Positions 51,157 through 62,170 of a stretch of 64,000 bases of DNA are shown here, piece by piece. The DNA lies in contig CAWJQQ010000001.1 of the NCBI GenBank assembly GCA_963845065.1, positions 672,001 to 736,000 of the forward strand, written 5' to 3'. This DNA comes from Nitrospirota bacterium. Lineage in GTDB: Bacteria; Nitrospirota; UBA9217. Under the pieces are notes generated by a model that made no database searches, was not told the origin of the DNA, and was given only the letters and a program-made list of their open reading frames with translations. A program made the translations under genes and the position numbers. Every line of letters begins with the position of its first letter. The stretch's first letter is position 1.

Positions 51157-51741
51157 ATGTTGCAACATGTTCTAACCATATTTATCGCATCTGCACTCAT
51201 TAACAATTTCGTGTTTTCGCGCTATCTCGGTCTCTGCATTTTCTTCGGCGTTACGAAAAGGATGGAGACGGCTGTGGGAATGAGTTTCACCTTTACAGCC
51301 GTTATGCTGGTCGAGGCGGTACTTAACTGGCTCATCTATAACTATGTGATGATCCCCTATAACCTGGGTTTCCTGAAGATCGTGATCTTCATAGGAACGG
51401 TTGCCGCTTTTGTGCAGGCAGGGGATACTATGATGAAAAAAGTCGCTCCTGCGCTGTATTATAAACTGGGCATATACCTCGCCCTGATAGTGACGAACTG
51501 CATCATCTTGGCGGTTCCCCTTATCAATGCTGATGAAAATTACAGCCTTTTCGAGAGTATGGCTCTCGCCTTGGGATCTGGGCTTGGTTTCAGCCTGGCT
51601 CTCATCATTATGGCGAGTATTCGAGAAAAATTGGAACTTGCCGATGTGCCCAAGTCTTTCCAGGGACTTCCTATCTCGTTCGTTCTGACCGGGTTGATCG
51701 CCCTGGCTTTCCTTGGATTTTCAGGCATGATCACGCTGTAA
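51157..51741 (+). CDS. rnfA: Rnf complex subunit A
   Basis: NNFV...LGLC, LGIYL.LIVTNC, IREKL. Confidence 0.95.
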   Translation: MLQHVLTIFIASALINNFVFSRYLGLCIFFGVTKRMETAVGMSFTFTAVMLVEAVLNWLIYNYVMIPYNLGFLKIVIFIGTVAAFVQAGDTMMKKVAPALYYKLGIYLALIVTNCIILAVPLINADENYSLFESMALALGSGLGFSLALIIMASIREKLELADVPKSFQGLPISFVLTGLIALAFLGFSGMITL

Positions 51742-51840
51742 TAAATACAATGCGGAATGAGATTGCGGAAGACGAATCAAAGCTAACGTATTTTTCAAAT
51801 ATCTCTTGCTTCGAAACTACTATACTGAAGGTACAAGACC

Positions 51841-53001
51841 ATGTATGAACAAATAATGCATATTCTGATGCAGGTCCTCTCCCACACGCTCTTTGTTATC
51901 ACGAACAGGCTTGTGCCACTCGTCGACGCAGGCGTTTCAACTGAGGCAACAGGTATCGTTCCCACATCCACGATTTATGTGACGCTAATTGTACTCGCGG
52001 GGCTTGGAATCGTGTTCGGCGTGGCACTTGCACTTGTGGCTGCCCGCTTCGTGGTGAAAGTCGATGCCAAAGTAGAGCAAGTCCGCGAGACTCTACCCGG
52101 TGCAAACTGCGGAGCCTGCGGGTTCGCAGGCTGCATGGGATACGCCGAGGCGGTCGTGGGCAATCCCGACGTAGCGGTGCACATGTGCGCTCCTGGTAAA
52201 TACGCAGTTGCCGAGAAGATCGCCGAAATCACAGGCAAGAAAGCGGAAAAAGTCGAGCCTAAGATTGCTCGCGTCTTCTGCCAGGGCGGATTGTCGCGCA
52301 GTCAGAGGAAGTATATCTATGCTGGCGTGCAGGACTGCACCGCGGCGGTACTGGCTGCTGGTGGAGATAAATCCTGCGATTACGGATGCCTTGGATTCGG
52401 AACCTGCATGCGAGCCTGTCCTTTTGATGCGATCACGATGAGTGCCGACAATCTACCGATTATAAATCCCCATAAATGTACAGCCTGTGGAAAGTGCGTG
52501 GCCGCCTGCCCTAAGCAAATCATCGAACTCGCCCAAGCCGCTAAGGCTGTGGTCATCAGCTGCTACAGCAGGGACAAGGGCATTGACGTCAAGAAAAAGT
52601 GCCAGGTCGGCTGCATTGCCTGCGGAATCTGCGTCAGAACCTGTCCCGTGGATGCCATCAAGATTGACAATAATCTTGCGCGCATCGACCACAGCAAGTG
52701 CATCGTCTGCGGTCTCTGCGTCAAGAAATGTCCTACGAATGCCATCTTCGATTATATTCCCGTCCGACCAAAAGCATACATCGATCCGGCGAAGTGTCTC
52801 GGCATCGACGTATGTGAGAAAGTCTGCCCGGTTAACGCGATCTCCGGCGATATCCGTTCCGTGCACATCGTCAACCAGGAGAAGTGCATCGGCTGCAGGA
52901 TGTGCGAGGCCCGGTGCCCGAAAAAAGCGATAACCATGGTGGAAGCTGCTTCTGCTGCTATGCAGAAGAAATCAAAAGTAGAGGAACCGGTCGCAGTATA
53001 G
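51841..53001 (+). CDS. rnfB: Rnf complex subunit B (polyferredoxin-extended)
   Basis: LPGANCGACG..GC, then about six ferredoxin-type Cys motifs. Confidence 0.93.
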   Translation: MYEQIMHILMQVLSHTLFVITNRLVPLVDAGVSTEATGIVPTSTIYVTLIVLAGLGIVFGVALALVAARFVVKVDAKVEQVRETLPGANCGACGFAGCMGYAEAVVGNPDVAVHMCAPGKYAVAEKIAEITGKKAEKVEPKIARVFCQGGLSRSQRKYIYAGVQDCTAAVLAAGGDKSCDYGCLGFGTCMRACPFDAITMSADNLPIINPHKCTACGKCVAACPKQIIELAQAAKAVVISCYSRDKGIDVKKKCQVGCIACGICVRTCPVDAIKIDNNLARIDHSKCIVCGLCVKKCPTNAIFDYIPVRPKAYIDPAKCLGIDVCEKVCPVNAISGDIRSVHIVNQEKCIGCRMCEARCPKKAITMVEAASAAMQKKSKVEEPVAV

Positions 53002-53028
53002 CAAAATCGTAATGAGCATTATGGAGTG

Positions 53029-53059
53029 AAGGGATGCAAGAAAACGCATCCCTTTTTTT
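53029..53059 (+). terminator. Intrinsic terminator after rnfB
   Basis: AAGGGATGC-loop-GCATCCCTT followed by a T tract. Confidence 0.8.
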
Positions 53060-53265
53060 GTGCTTTCAGAATAAACTGTTGTACATCCTTGAAATCTCTT
53101 TGTTACCCCAAGTCGTGTTATAATATTCCTATTCGCCATCGTGAAAGAACATTATCCTGATGCAACAAGCTGATTAATGCCGACATTTTTTTGCTTGACA
53201 AAATAGCGCGCATGGGCTAAAAACAGACTCATTCTCTTCACGTTCCAATTTGGAGGTAGGTACCC

Positions 53266-53655
53266 ATGAATCCCGATGATATAAAATATCACAGAGAGCA
53301 TGCCTGGGTTCGGGCTGAAGGAAAGCGGGCAACAATCGGCATTACCGATTATGCCCAGCAGCAGATGGGTGATATTGTATATATCGATCTTCCAGAAACC
53401 GATACGGAAATCGATGCAGACTCTGAGCTTTCCGAAGTTGAGTCTACGAAAGCGACTTCTCCGGTCGTTAGTCCGGTGTCGGGCATGGTGGTGGAGGTGA
53501 ACGAGGACCTCGCCGACTCTCCAGAGATCATAAATGAAGACCCCTATGGAAATGGCTGGCTCGTTGTGCTCGAAATGAGCGATTCTTCCGAGTTGAACGA
53601 CTTGATGAGCAAGTCAGAGTACGAAAAGTTTCTAAAAGAGGAAGAGGGAAAGTAG
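53266..53655 (+). CDS. gcvH: Glycine cleavage H protein (lipoyl carrier)
   Basis: GITDYAQ, VESTKA lipoyl-Lys, N.DPYG.GW. Confidence 0.95.
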   Translation: MNPDDIKYHREHAWVRAEGKRATIGITDYAQQQMGDIVYIDLPETDTEIDADSELSEVESTKATSPVVSPVSGMVVEVNEDLADSPEIINEDPYGNGWLVVLEMSDSSELNDLMSKSEYEKFLKEEEGK

Positions 53656-53697
53656 GCTTCGGGAGGAACTGGTCGTCATAGTTATTATCATAAACCG

Positions 53698-53727
53698 AAA
53701 GGGAGAGTAGATACTCTCCCTTTTTTT
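53698..53727 (+). terminator. Intrinsic terminator after gcvH
   Basis: GGGAGAGTA/TACTCTCCC followed by T7. Confidence 0.8.
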
Positions 53728-53974
53728 CGCTTTATGATCATAACCACCTGTTCGTTATACAGCGGAGGATGGATCGGAAATCACTTCAAGATTATTCAGA
53801 GCCCAGATTTTATGGAAACGGCTAGTAAGCGTCTTTTACGATGCAAATCTATTCTGTGATTTTATGAATCGGCCTATTCCACTCTCATCTGCACCTAAAA
53901 TGCCTGTCCAGATTATTTTTGAAAGTGCTACGGTGAAACATATTTTTTAACCATCCTTTCCCAAGGAGCGTGTA

Positions 53975-55375
53975 ATGCCAATAAAAATTACAATCATCGG
54001 TGCTGGGCCGGGAGGCTACGTAGCTGCGGTACGCGCGGCGCAGAAAGGCGCTCAGGTGACGTTGATCGAGTATGCGGAAGTGGGCGGTACCTGTCTGAAC
54101 TGGGGCTGCATTCCCACAAAAACCATCATTGCATCGGCTGAAGCGCTTGAGCATATTCGCCACGGCGCCGATTTCGGAATAGAAGTTCCCGGCGAAATCG
54201 GATACAATCTCGCGAAGGTCCGCGAACGTAAGGATAAGGTGGTATCCACGCAGGTGAAAGGCATCCGGGGCCTACTTAAGAGCTGGGGCGTCACCCTCAT
54301 CCAGGGCCACGGCTCGCTGCTCTCACCCGATGTAGTACGCGTAGTGCAGGAAGACGGAACGACGATGGACCTTAAATCTGATAAAGTCATCATTGCAACA
54401 GGTTCGCGTCCTGCGAAGCTGCCCGGCTTCCCGTTTGATGGTGAGAGCGTCATCACAAGCGATGATGCGGTTCTACTCAAGAGAATCCCGGCAAGGCTGC
54501 TCATTGTCGGCGCAGGAGTAATCGGCTCGGAATTCGCTTTCATCTACCGCGCATTCGGCGCAGATGTGACGATGGTTGAAGTGATGCCGCACGCGATTTC
54601 AACCGAAGACGAGGAATTGTCCGAGCTCTTGGAGCGGGAATTAAAAAAAGCAAAGATCAAGCTTATTACAAATTCTAAAGTCGAAAAAATTGAGAAGGGC
54701 AATAACGGCATTCTTGCGGTGAAACTTTCGAACGGCCAGGACCTCAGCGTTGATATGATACTTGTGTCCATCGGCCGCAGTTTGAACTCAGACGGTCTTC
54801 TCCTCGATGACATCGGTGTGACCAGAGGGAAACGAAGTGAGATCATTGTCGATGAAAAAATGGAGACCAGCATCCCGGGCATATACGCCATCGGTGACGT
54901 AACCAGCAAGATCATGCTCGCTCACGTTGCGTCCCATCAAGGCCTTGTAGCAGTGGAAAACGCACTCGGTGGTAATGAGAGTATGGATTACTCTGTGGTC
55001 CCTTCGTGTATTTTTACCGTGCCCGAGATCGGCAGTGTCGGCATCCGGGAGAAAACCGCCGTGGAGAAGGGCATGAAATATCGAGTGGGGCGGTTTCAGT
55101 ACCGTACGCTTGGCAAAGCTCACGCAATGGGAGAAATCACGGGTATGATCAAGATCCTCGCTGACGAATCCACCGACAAGGTGCTGGGCGTTCACATCTG
55201 CGGTGCTCATGCTACGGACATGATCCACGAAGGTGCGCTTGCCATAAAGATGAGCGCAACTGCAGCTCAACTTGGGCACATGATCCACGCGCACCCCACA
55301 CTCGCAGAGGGTATCATGGAGGCGGCGGAGGACGTTCACTGCATGGCGATTCATGCACCGAAATCGGAAAAGTAA
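53975..55375 (+). CDS. lpdA: Dihydrolipoyl dehydrogenase
   Basis: GAGPGG, GGTCLNWGCIP, GAGVIG.E, HAHPTLAE. Confidence 0.95.
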   Translation: MPIKITIIGAGPGGYVAAVRAAQKGAQVTLIEYAEVGGTCLNWGCIPTKTIIASAEALEHIRHGADFGIEVPGEIGYNLAKVRERKDKVVSTQVKGIRGLLKSWGVTLIQGHGSLLSPDVVRVVQEDGTTMDLKSDKVIIATGSRPAKLPGFPFDGESVITSDDAVLLKRIPARLLIVGAGVIGSEFAFIYRAFGADVTMVEVMPHAISTEDEELSELLERELKKAKIKLITNSKVEKIEKGNNGILAVKLSNGQDLSVDMILVSIGRSLNSDGLLLDDIGVTRGKRSEIIVDEKMETSIPGIYAIGDVTSKIMLAHVASHQGLVAVENALGGNESMDYSVVPSCIFTVPEIGSVGIREKTAVEKGMKYRVGRFQYRTLGKAHAMGEITGMIKILADESTDKVLGVHICGAHATDMIHEGALAIKMSATAAQLGHMIHAHPTLAEGIMEAAEDVHCMAIHAPKSEK

Positions 55376-55393
55376 GAATCTTATTTAACTTAT

Positions 55394-56652
55394 CGCCGTA
55401 AATCCCCCTTCCGCAAGGCAGGGGATGAAAGGCGATATTTTTGACAAAATTTGATCCACGTGCTTTCTTTTACAGTATTGCCATGCTGAAAATAAAAACT
55501 TATAAATACTGCCTCTAACCCACGAAAAAACAGACATTGATTCTCGCTCAAACCCTTGATGCCTGTCGGATACTCTATAATTCATGTATCGTAGACAGAA
55601 AAAACGCTTTTAAAAAGACCGGCAAAGGGCTTACCAGGATACGATAGGAGGAGATCCTTAAGAGCGACAAAACCAGAATAAATTCCGTTGATAGCATCCA
55701 CTCAAGTCCTGCAGAATGTTTTGTTCCGCGTTGACCGGTCCTTTCAGAATTTCCTTCGCAGGGTTAAGGCAAGTCCGGGAAAGCCGGTTACCCGAGGCTT
55801 AAGGGTATAGGACAGTACGACTTTATCCATTATTCACAGGCTCCAGGGGTTCCAGTTAACGCCGCAGGGTCTTAAACTTTTCAAGATAGGAACCATCAAG
55901 GCAAAGCTTCACCGCCCTATCGTTGGAGATATCAAAACCTATACGGTCAAAAGAGAACACGACAAATGGTATGCCTGCTTCGGCGTTGAGTATGCGCCAA
56001 TTCCCAGACCTGTATCTGATAAGGCCGTCGGGATAGACGTAGGCATCTATAACTTCGCTGTCCTTTCTACGGGTGAAGCGATAGAAAACCCCAGGCACCA
56101 GCGAACTGCGGAGAAAAAACTCAAGAAGAAGCAACGCGGGCATTCCGCGAAGAAAAAAGGATCTAAAAAGAGGGGAAAATCTCGCGTCGTAATTGCGGAA
56201 GGTCCGCAACCAACATGCCGATTTTCATCATAAGACCTCCCGTAACCTCGTAGATACCTATGGACACATAGTAGCCGAAGACCTGAACATAAAAGGTATG
56301 GTAAAGAACCATTACCTTGCCAAATCAATATCAGATGCTGGATGGGGACATTTTCTCAATTATCTTGCATACAAAGCGGAAGAAGCTGGGTGCAAGTTTG
56401 AGAAAGTCACTCCTCACAACACAAGCATCATTTGCAGCTGTTGTGGAAAACGAGTCCCCAAAACGTTTGCCGAAAGGGTGCATAGTTGCCCTTTCTGTAA
56501 GACCGTTTTGGAAGTGACCATAACGCTGCAATAAATATTCTGAGAAAGTCTACGGCAGGAACTGCCGAAATTAACGCTTGGGGAGAGGCGGTGCTCAATA
56601 CCCCTCAACGAACCAAGAAGCCTCGTCCCCTCGTAAGGGCGAGTTAGTTCAC
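55394..56652 (+). mobile_element. IS200/IS605 tnpB-only element (decayed)
   Basis: Left-end hairpin CCCCCTTCCGCAAGGCAGGGG; right end CAAGAAGCCTCG...TTCAC. Confidence 0.8.
55483..56550 (+). pseudogene. tnpB: tnpB pseudogene (multiple stops and frameshifts)
   Basis: VGIDVG, AEDLNIKGM, SDAGWG.F, TS..CS.CG, C..C and NAAINIL motifs spread over different frames. Confidence 0.88.
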
Positions 56653-56811
56653 GCTTCTATTTGCCATTTTTCAACCATTCGCAGAGAAGAGGTGGAGCTA
56701 TATATGTACTCATTCACTCCGCGCCAGGCAAAGGAAGTCGCATTCCCGATACGATATTGGAAATTGAAACGCGAAGCCGTAGATTTATCGTTTTTGCGAA
56801 GGAGCGTCCGC

Positions 56812-57636
56812 GTGAATAAGTTGCACGCCATTGGACTATATGGAAGATCCATTGCGATGATCCTGATCCTGTTTTATGCACTTAACACAGTCATCCCCGA
56901 AGCATTTGCCGGTGAGATGAGCGTTTATCTTAGGGTCGATGATTATACTTGGAGCGAATACCAAAATGGCGTTCGCCTTCTGCGTGAGTCAGGAATTCTT
57001 ACCGGCCCAGGTTTCTCATATTGGACGGAGTTTTCGAATCATATCACTTTGAAACCCCTCGCCGAGCTCTTTGTGGGCAATATGAATTATGACGGGACAA
57101 CTCAGGAGGGGAATCCAGTAAAAACCAAGGTTATGTATGTAGGCGCGAATATTCAGTGCGATGCTGGCAGAAAGTTCGGCATTGGTGAAAAATCCTTTAT
57201 TGAGCCGTTTGGAGGGATAGGGATCCGTTCTTGGTCAAGAGACCTGCATGATAGCACGACATCGTCCGGTACCTTCGCATCAGGATACACGGAAAAATGG
57301 ACAACCTCATACACCCGGTTAGGCGTACGAGGCGAGGTACCGGTTTCCGAAGAGTCACGGCTCTTCGCTGAGGGAGGAGTGAATCTTCCGATTTACAATG
57401 AAAACAGAGTGTATTTGAATAGCGGAAATAACAGCCCTGACTTTACCTTGTATCCCGGCCTTCAGTCATCATGGTTCTGCGAGGCAGGTATTACGATGTA
57501 TCATTTCAAGGCATCAGTGTTCTATGACGGCTTGCGGTTCGCACAATCCCACAATGTGAACACCTCGATCGGTTCTGCTTACCAGCCGAGTTCTTCTGCC
57601 GACTTGCTGGGAGTGAAACTCGGGGCCTCTTTTTAA
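56812..57636 (+). CDS. Outer membrane beta-barrel protein
   Basis: Signal peptide ending AFA, alternating aromatic beta strands, C-terminal Phe; AAGGAG RBS with GTG start. Confidence 0.75.
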   Translation: MNKLHAIGLYGRSIAMILILFYALNTVIPEAFAGEMSVYLRVDDYTWSEYQNGVRLLRESGILTGPGFSYWTEFSNHITLKPLAELFVGNMNYDGTTQEGNPVKTKVMYVGANIQCDAGRKFGIGEKSFIEPFGGIGIRSWSRDLHDSTTSSGTFASGYTEKWTTSYTRLGVRGEVPVSEESRLFAEGGVNLPIYNENRVYLNSGNNSPDFTLYPGLQSSWFCEAGITMYHFKASVFYDGLRFAQSHNVNTSIGSAYQPSSSADLLGVKLGASF

Positions 57637-59012
57637 TCAACCTCGTGAAGCTTCCCGAAAGGCTTCAGGATAATCTCGGAAAGAGCGGGATGAATGTGTA
57701 TCCCTTTTGCAACAGTCCAGAGGTTGCCGTCGGCCGCCATGGCGTTCACGACCTCCTGAATCAGGACAGACGCTTGGGAACCGATGATGTGGTAGCCCAG
57801 GATCTTGCCTGATTTTCTGTGTACAATGGCTTTTGCAAAACCCTCAGTCTCCATCATGGCTTCACCGCGCGCTACTTCGCTGTACATCCCTTTCCCAACA
57901 AGAAGATCCGCTTTACCCATGAGTTTGACGGCCTGTTCTTCCGTCAATCCCACTGACGCAATCTCAGGCCAGGAGAAAACAGCATGTGGAACCGCCAGGT
58001 AATTCATTCGAGATTTTTTGCCATGGATGGCGTTTTGCCATGCGAGCTCAGCCTCATTATTAGCGGTATGGCGAAACATTTTTTTCCCGATGGCGTCTCC
58101 AAAGGACCAGATGTTCTTTTTCGAGGTTTCCAGAAAATCGTCAACAATTATATATCCATGCTCATTCGTTTTAACGCCCGTGCTTCCGACCATGAGGACA
58201 TCGGCGTTCGATTTTCTTCCCGCAGCGATCAGAACGTGCTGCGCAATGATCTCCGTTTGTTTGCCGTTTCTTAGTTCTTTCACCATAACGGTGGTCACCT
58301 TTCCCGTCTGCCGGACCTCGATTGCTTCGGTATTGGTATGAATCGTTATACGGCGGGAAAGGGCCTTCCTGAGCGTTTCTGATACTTCCGGCTCTTCTTC
58401 AGGAACGAGACGTTTATTTCGCTGGATGATCGTGATTTTAGTTCCAACAGCTTCGAAGAAGTGGGCAAACTCTGCAGCAATGTATCCCCCTCCGATGATA
58501 ACCATGCTTTCGGGTTTTTCTGTGAGCCGTAGTGCTGTTTCATTCGTTAGGTATTCGATCTCTTCGATGCCTTTGATCGGCGGTATGAGCGGTCGAGCCC
58601 CGGAAACGAGAAAAATCGTTCTGCCTCTGATAGTCTTGTCGTTCACCTCGAGTGTGTAGTCACCGGTGAAGTGTGCTTCGCCGAAATAAAAATCGATATC
58701 ATTGGATTTCTCCAAAGCTGCCTGAATGTGATCATGGCTTTTCTGAACAGTTTTGCGCATCCTTTCCATGATGGCGCTGAAGTCAATCCCTTGTATATCT
58801 GCAGCGATGCCGAGTTTTTTGGATTCACGAATTTCCATAATGCGATCAGCGGGATAAACGATCATCTTCGTTGGGATGCAACCGACGTTGAGGCAGGTCC
58901 CGCCTACGGGGCCTTTGTCAGCCAGGGCGACGGTTTTCTTGTGTGAAAGAGCGTCCTCTATAAGGTTGGCCCCGCTGCCTGACCCGATTATAACGACATC
59001 ATATTCTTTCAT
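57633..59012 (-). CDS. Class I pyridine nucleotide-disulfide oxidoreductase (Lpd/mycothione reductase-like)
   Basis: GSGSG, GGTCLNVGCIP, GGGYIAAE, HIHPALSE. Confidence 0.9.
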   Translation of the reverse strand: MKEYDVVIIGSGSGANLIEDALSHKKTVALADKGPVGGTCLNVGCIPTKMIVYPADRIMEIRESKKLGIAADIQGIDFSAIMERMRKTVQKSHDHIQAALEKSNDIDFYFGEAHFTGDYTLEVNDKTIRGRTIFLVSGARPLIPPIKGIEEIEYLTNETALRLTEKPESMVIIGGGYIAAEFAHFFEAVGTKITIIQRNKRLVPEEEPEVSETLRKALSRRITIHTNTEAIEVRQTGKVTTVMVKELRNGKQTEIIAQHVLIAAGRKSNADVLMVGSTGVKTNEHGYIIVDDFLETSKKNIWSFGDAIGKKMFRHTANNEAELAWQNAIHGKKSRMNYLAVPHAVFSWPEIASVGLTEEQAVKLMGKADLLVGKGMYSEVARGEAMMETEGFAKAIVHRKSGKILGYHIIGSQASVLIQEVVNAMAADGNLWTVAKGIHIHPALSEIILKPFGKLHEVD

Positions 59013-59274
59013 GGAACACCTCTTAAAGAATTGTATCATTTTTTCTGGAAGAGTCAATTTAGGTATCAATTTTAGCTTTACTTAACGAATAAAAGTCATT
59101 AGGTTATTCAAAACAGAAATACGTCATGGTGTATAGGTAATTTTGCTTAAATTTTATTCAGTTGTTGTGGTATACTTACTACACTCAAAAAGGCGAGAAT
59201 GCTTAGGTGCGTTAAAATATGGACACCCCAAGGTGCATGAGACCCGAAAGTATTTGCTCATTTTACAACTCGAT

Positions 59275-60804
59275 ATGAAAACCATTTTACGCTCTCTATG
59301 TTCACGATCTTTTATTTTCCTGGTGGTAGTACTGGTTGTCGGTTTTAACGATCTAGCGGAGGCACAGCCTTTAATCGATCATATGGCTTCGAACTGGATC
59401 TTAGCCGTCAGTGTAGTTGCCCTTTTGATAAGCATCGGCATGATGGCCGGATGGAGGTATTTATCCTTGTTCCGACTGAATAAAGAGTTCAAGAGGTTAG
59501 TTGGGGAGCGCAACAAAGCAGAAGACGCTTTGCGAGAAAGTGAAAAAAAATACCGACAGATTTTTGAAAATGTTCAAGACGTATTTTACCAGGCTGATGC
59601 GAGTGGCAATTTTATTGATGTCAGTCCCTCCGTCCTTCACTATTCTGGATTTTCTCGGGAAGAACTCATCGGCAAGCCTGCATCATATTTTTATGCTAAT
59701 ATGGATGACAGAACGAGGCTTTCCAAGGCGCTGCAGAAAACGGGTGAGGTTGTAGATTTTGAGCTTGTTCTGAAGGCGAAGGACAACCGGACCATATATG
59801 CATCTCTTAACGCTCACTTTTTGTATGACGCGTCAGGGCAGCCCTCTGGGATAGAGGGCGCCCTTCGAGACATCACAGAACGCAAACGGATGGAAGAAGA
59901 ACTGCGAGAAAGTGAAGCAAGATTAAGTAATATTACGGAAATGATCGGCGAGGGACTTTATGTTCTCGACGAGCTGGGCCACATACAATTTATGAACCCT
60001 GAGGCGGAAAAACTATTGGGCTGGAACGAAGCAGAACTCCTGGGGAAAGAGTTCTATGCAATGGTTCACTGTGAGAAGACCGACGGCACAGGTGTGACGA
60101 CATCGGAGTGCTCTATATTGAAGAACGTCGGCCTCGGTGGGACGTATCGAAGTGAGGACAACCTCTTCACGCGTAGAGATGGGGTATTGTTTCCTGTTTC
60201 CATTGTAGCGACCCCACTCATGAAACATGGACAGTTTGCAGGAACCGTGGTCGTGTTTCAAGACATCACCGATCGAAAGAGAATGGAAGCGGAGTTGGAA
60301 ATGCTCAATGAGTTCTTGGTGCGTCAGGCGACCACAGATCCACTTACGGGAATTTCCAACCGGGTGAAATTTACCGACTCTCTTAATATGGAGATCCGCC
60401 GAGCAGGACGATTCGGTACGGAGCTTACTCTCATCATGTTTGACGTTGATCATTTTAAGGATATCAATGACAACTACGGCCATCAGGCAGGAGATGAAGT
60501 CCTGCGTAACTTGACCGGCCTAGTCACCAACAGCATCAGGGCGTCTGACCTCTTCGCACGGTGGGGTGGAGAAGAGTTCATGATTCTAATCATTAATACA
60601 TCCATTAATAAGGCTCGATTGTTCGCAGAGAAGCTGCGGCGTATGATAGACAGCCGAAAATTTCCCGTTGTCGGGCATGTTACCTGCAGTTTCGGAGTGG
60701 CCCAGATGGAAGCAGATGATAATGATGACCGTTTTACGCGAAGGGTGGACGATGCTCTGTACCGGGCCAAGGCAAGAGGTCGGAACCGGGTGGAAGCTGC
60801 TTAA
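59275..60804 (+). CDS. Membrane PAS-PAS diguanylate cyclase
   Basis: DPLTG, D.DHFK.IND..GH..GD, RxxD I-site, GGEEF. Confidence 0.93.
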   Translation: MKTILRSLCSRSFIFLVVVLVVGFNDLAEAQPLIDHMASNWILAVSVVALLISIGMMAGWRYLSLFRLNKEFKRLVGERNKAEDALRESEKKYRQIFENVQDVFYQADASGNFIDVSPSVLHYSGFSREELIGKPASYFYANMDDRTRLSKALQKTGEVVDFELVLKAKDNRTIYASLNAHFLYDASGQPSGIEGALRDITERKRMEEELRESEARLSNITEMIGEGLYVLDELGHIQFMNPEAEKLLGWNEAELLGKEFYAMVHCEKTDGTGVTTSECSILKNVGLGGTYRSEDNLFTRRDGVLFPVSIVATPLMKHGQFAGTVVVFQDITDRKRMEAELEMLNEFLVRQATTDPLTGISNRVKFTDSLNMEIRRAGRFGTELTLIMFDVDHFKDINDNYGHQAGDEVLRNLTGLVTNSIRASDLFARWGGEEFMILIINTSINKARLFAEKLRRMIDSRKFPVVGHVTCSFGVAQMEADDNDDRFTRRVDDALYRAKARGRNRVEAA

Positions 60805-60943
60805 CCGGCTGGTCAATAATTGAGGGCCTTACCGCAAAATAAAGAGCAGGAAGAACCGGGAAAATGTCCTGAGAACTTCTTAAAAAAATAACATTCGACG
60901 ATGAGAACACGAAATATCATGCAATAAGCTATCAACGTTTTAG

Positions 60944-61350
60944 CGCCTAGAAAGCCCCTGGCTTGTTCCATGGTGATGAATTGCTGTGCCGTTGATTTTT
61001 CTGCCATCGCGGTATAGGTGTATTTATCATACGCTCCTTGAAAGCCACAGATATGGGGTTCCGGCGAAAAAGTAACCGGGTAAAATCCTTGTCAGTCCTC
61101 TATATTGCCCGACAGATTAAGTCCGGCCCTATGCATGCCTGCTCCTCGAACTGGCGATATTGAGATTGTAATATCAAGCGACGATTGATCAGATTTTTAG
61201 CTATCGGCTTTGGCCTGCAGGCCTGAGGTAGAATTGTTTGCCCGTTAAAGGCGGACCAACGACAATCAAGATTGACAACTAAAATTTATTACCGAATCGC
61301 TTGCCGGCATTGCCGTTAGTACCTCCTGCTTTCAAGTATGAGGTGTGTCA
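60944..61350 (+). mobile_element. Non-autonomous IS200/IS605-like element, copy 2
   Basis: Collinear with 25565-25962, with the same end hairpins. Confidence 0.65.
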
Positions 61351-61442
61351 TCCCTTTCTCCTATTTCTGGTAAATAACATACTCCCTTCCGGAAGCCTTG
61401 AGGTTTTTGCGTTGATATCCTAATAACGCTAATTCGTAGTTT

Positions 61443-61658
61443 TCAAGCCGCCTTAGGACTTGATTCCCGTGCTACATTGAACTTAAAACTATAGATCGTA
61501 AAATCTTCCTTCGGGAACACCATTTTGATCCTTTTAACGAACTCTTCGCTTACGATCTTTTCGTAGTGCTGAATATCGTAATCTTTGGTACGCTCTGTGG
61601 TTCCTTGAAGATCCATGTCCAGGTAAAAGTCCATATCCGGTGATATACGCAACCGCAT
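61443..61658 (-). CDS. Small hypothetical protein
   Basis: AAGGAGGTG RBS, 71 aa. Confidence 0.6.
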   Translation of the reverse strand: MRLRISPDMDFYLDMDLQGTTERTKDYDIQHYEKIVSEEFVKRIKMVFPKEDFTIYSFKFNVARESSPKAA

Positions 61659-61777
61659 ACACGTCACCTCCTTCTGCAGTTTGATCCCCTTAAAAGTCAT
61701 TGCGAGTATTTCTCCCTACCATTTATATTATATCGCTTTTTCAAATCAGGTGAATCAAGCCGTCGCTGCAGTTCGGT

Positions 61778-62050
61778 TCATAGTTTGATCGTGAGATACA
61801 CCGAGCCTCAGTCCCGATAGATGAGCAAGAGTACAGTATCATTCTCCCCAAGCTTCGATACCACCTCGTCATAATTCTCCGCTCTCTTGGATCGCTTCAC
61901 GGTTCACTTCCTGGATCTTATCGACGGTCTTGAGTTTGTTGGAGTCGTCGATCTTGAGCACTGGTAAATTCTTTGCATTGATCTTGACGACCGCAAGGTC
62001 CGTTCTTGGATCGGTGCCCACAACCTTGCCTTTGAATTCACGCTTAGTGT
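61778..62050 (-). pseudogene. DegP/HtrA (Do-family) protease remnant
   Basis: GKVVGTDPRTDLAVVKI joined to PDZ-end fragments IQEVNR and TVLLLIYRD*GSVYLTIKL. Confidence 0.75.
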
Positions 62051-62170
62051 TGGGATAGTTACCCACTTCTCTGACAAATAATACACAATATTTATTGAAT
62101 ATTGGGTCAGAACTTAAGAAATAATCATATATTATTTGAAATAAAAAATAGCGCGGAGACCCTACAGACT

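Noticed and set aside
56578..56811. N-terminal extension of the beta-barrel ORF
   Set aside because: It begins within the IS605 right end; a better RBS/start lies at 56812
59275..60804. GGDEF protein as the cGAMP synthase for the A20 riboswitch
   Set aside because: It retains Asp in GHQAGD (PleD D344 position), so it is predicted to be a conventional c-di-GMP cyclase
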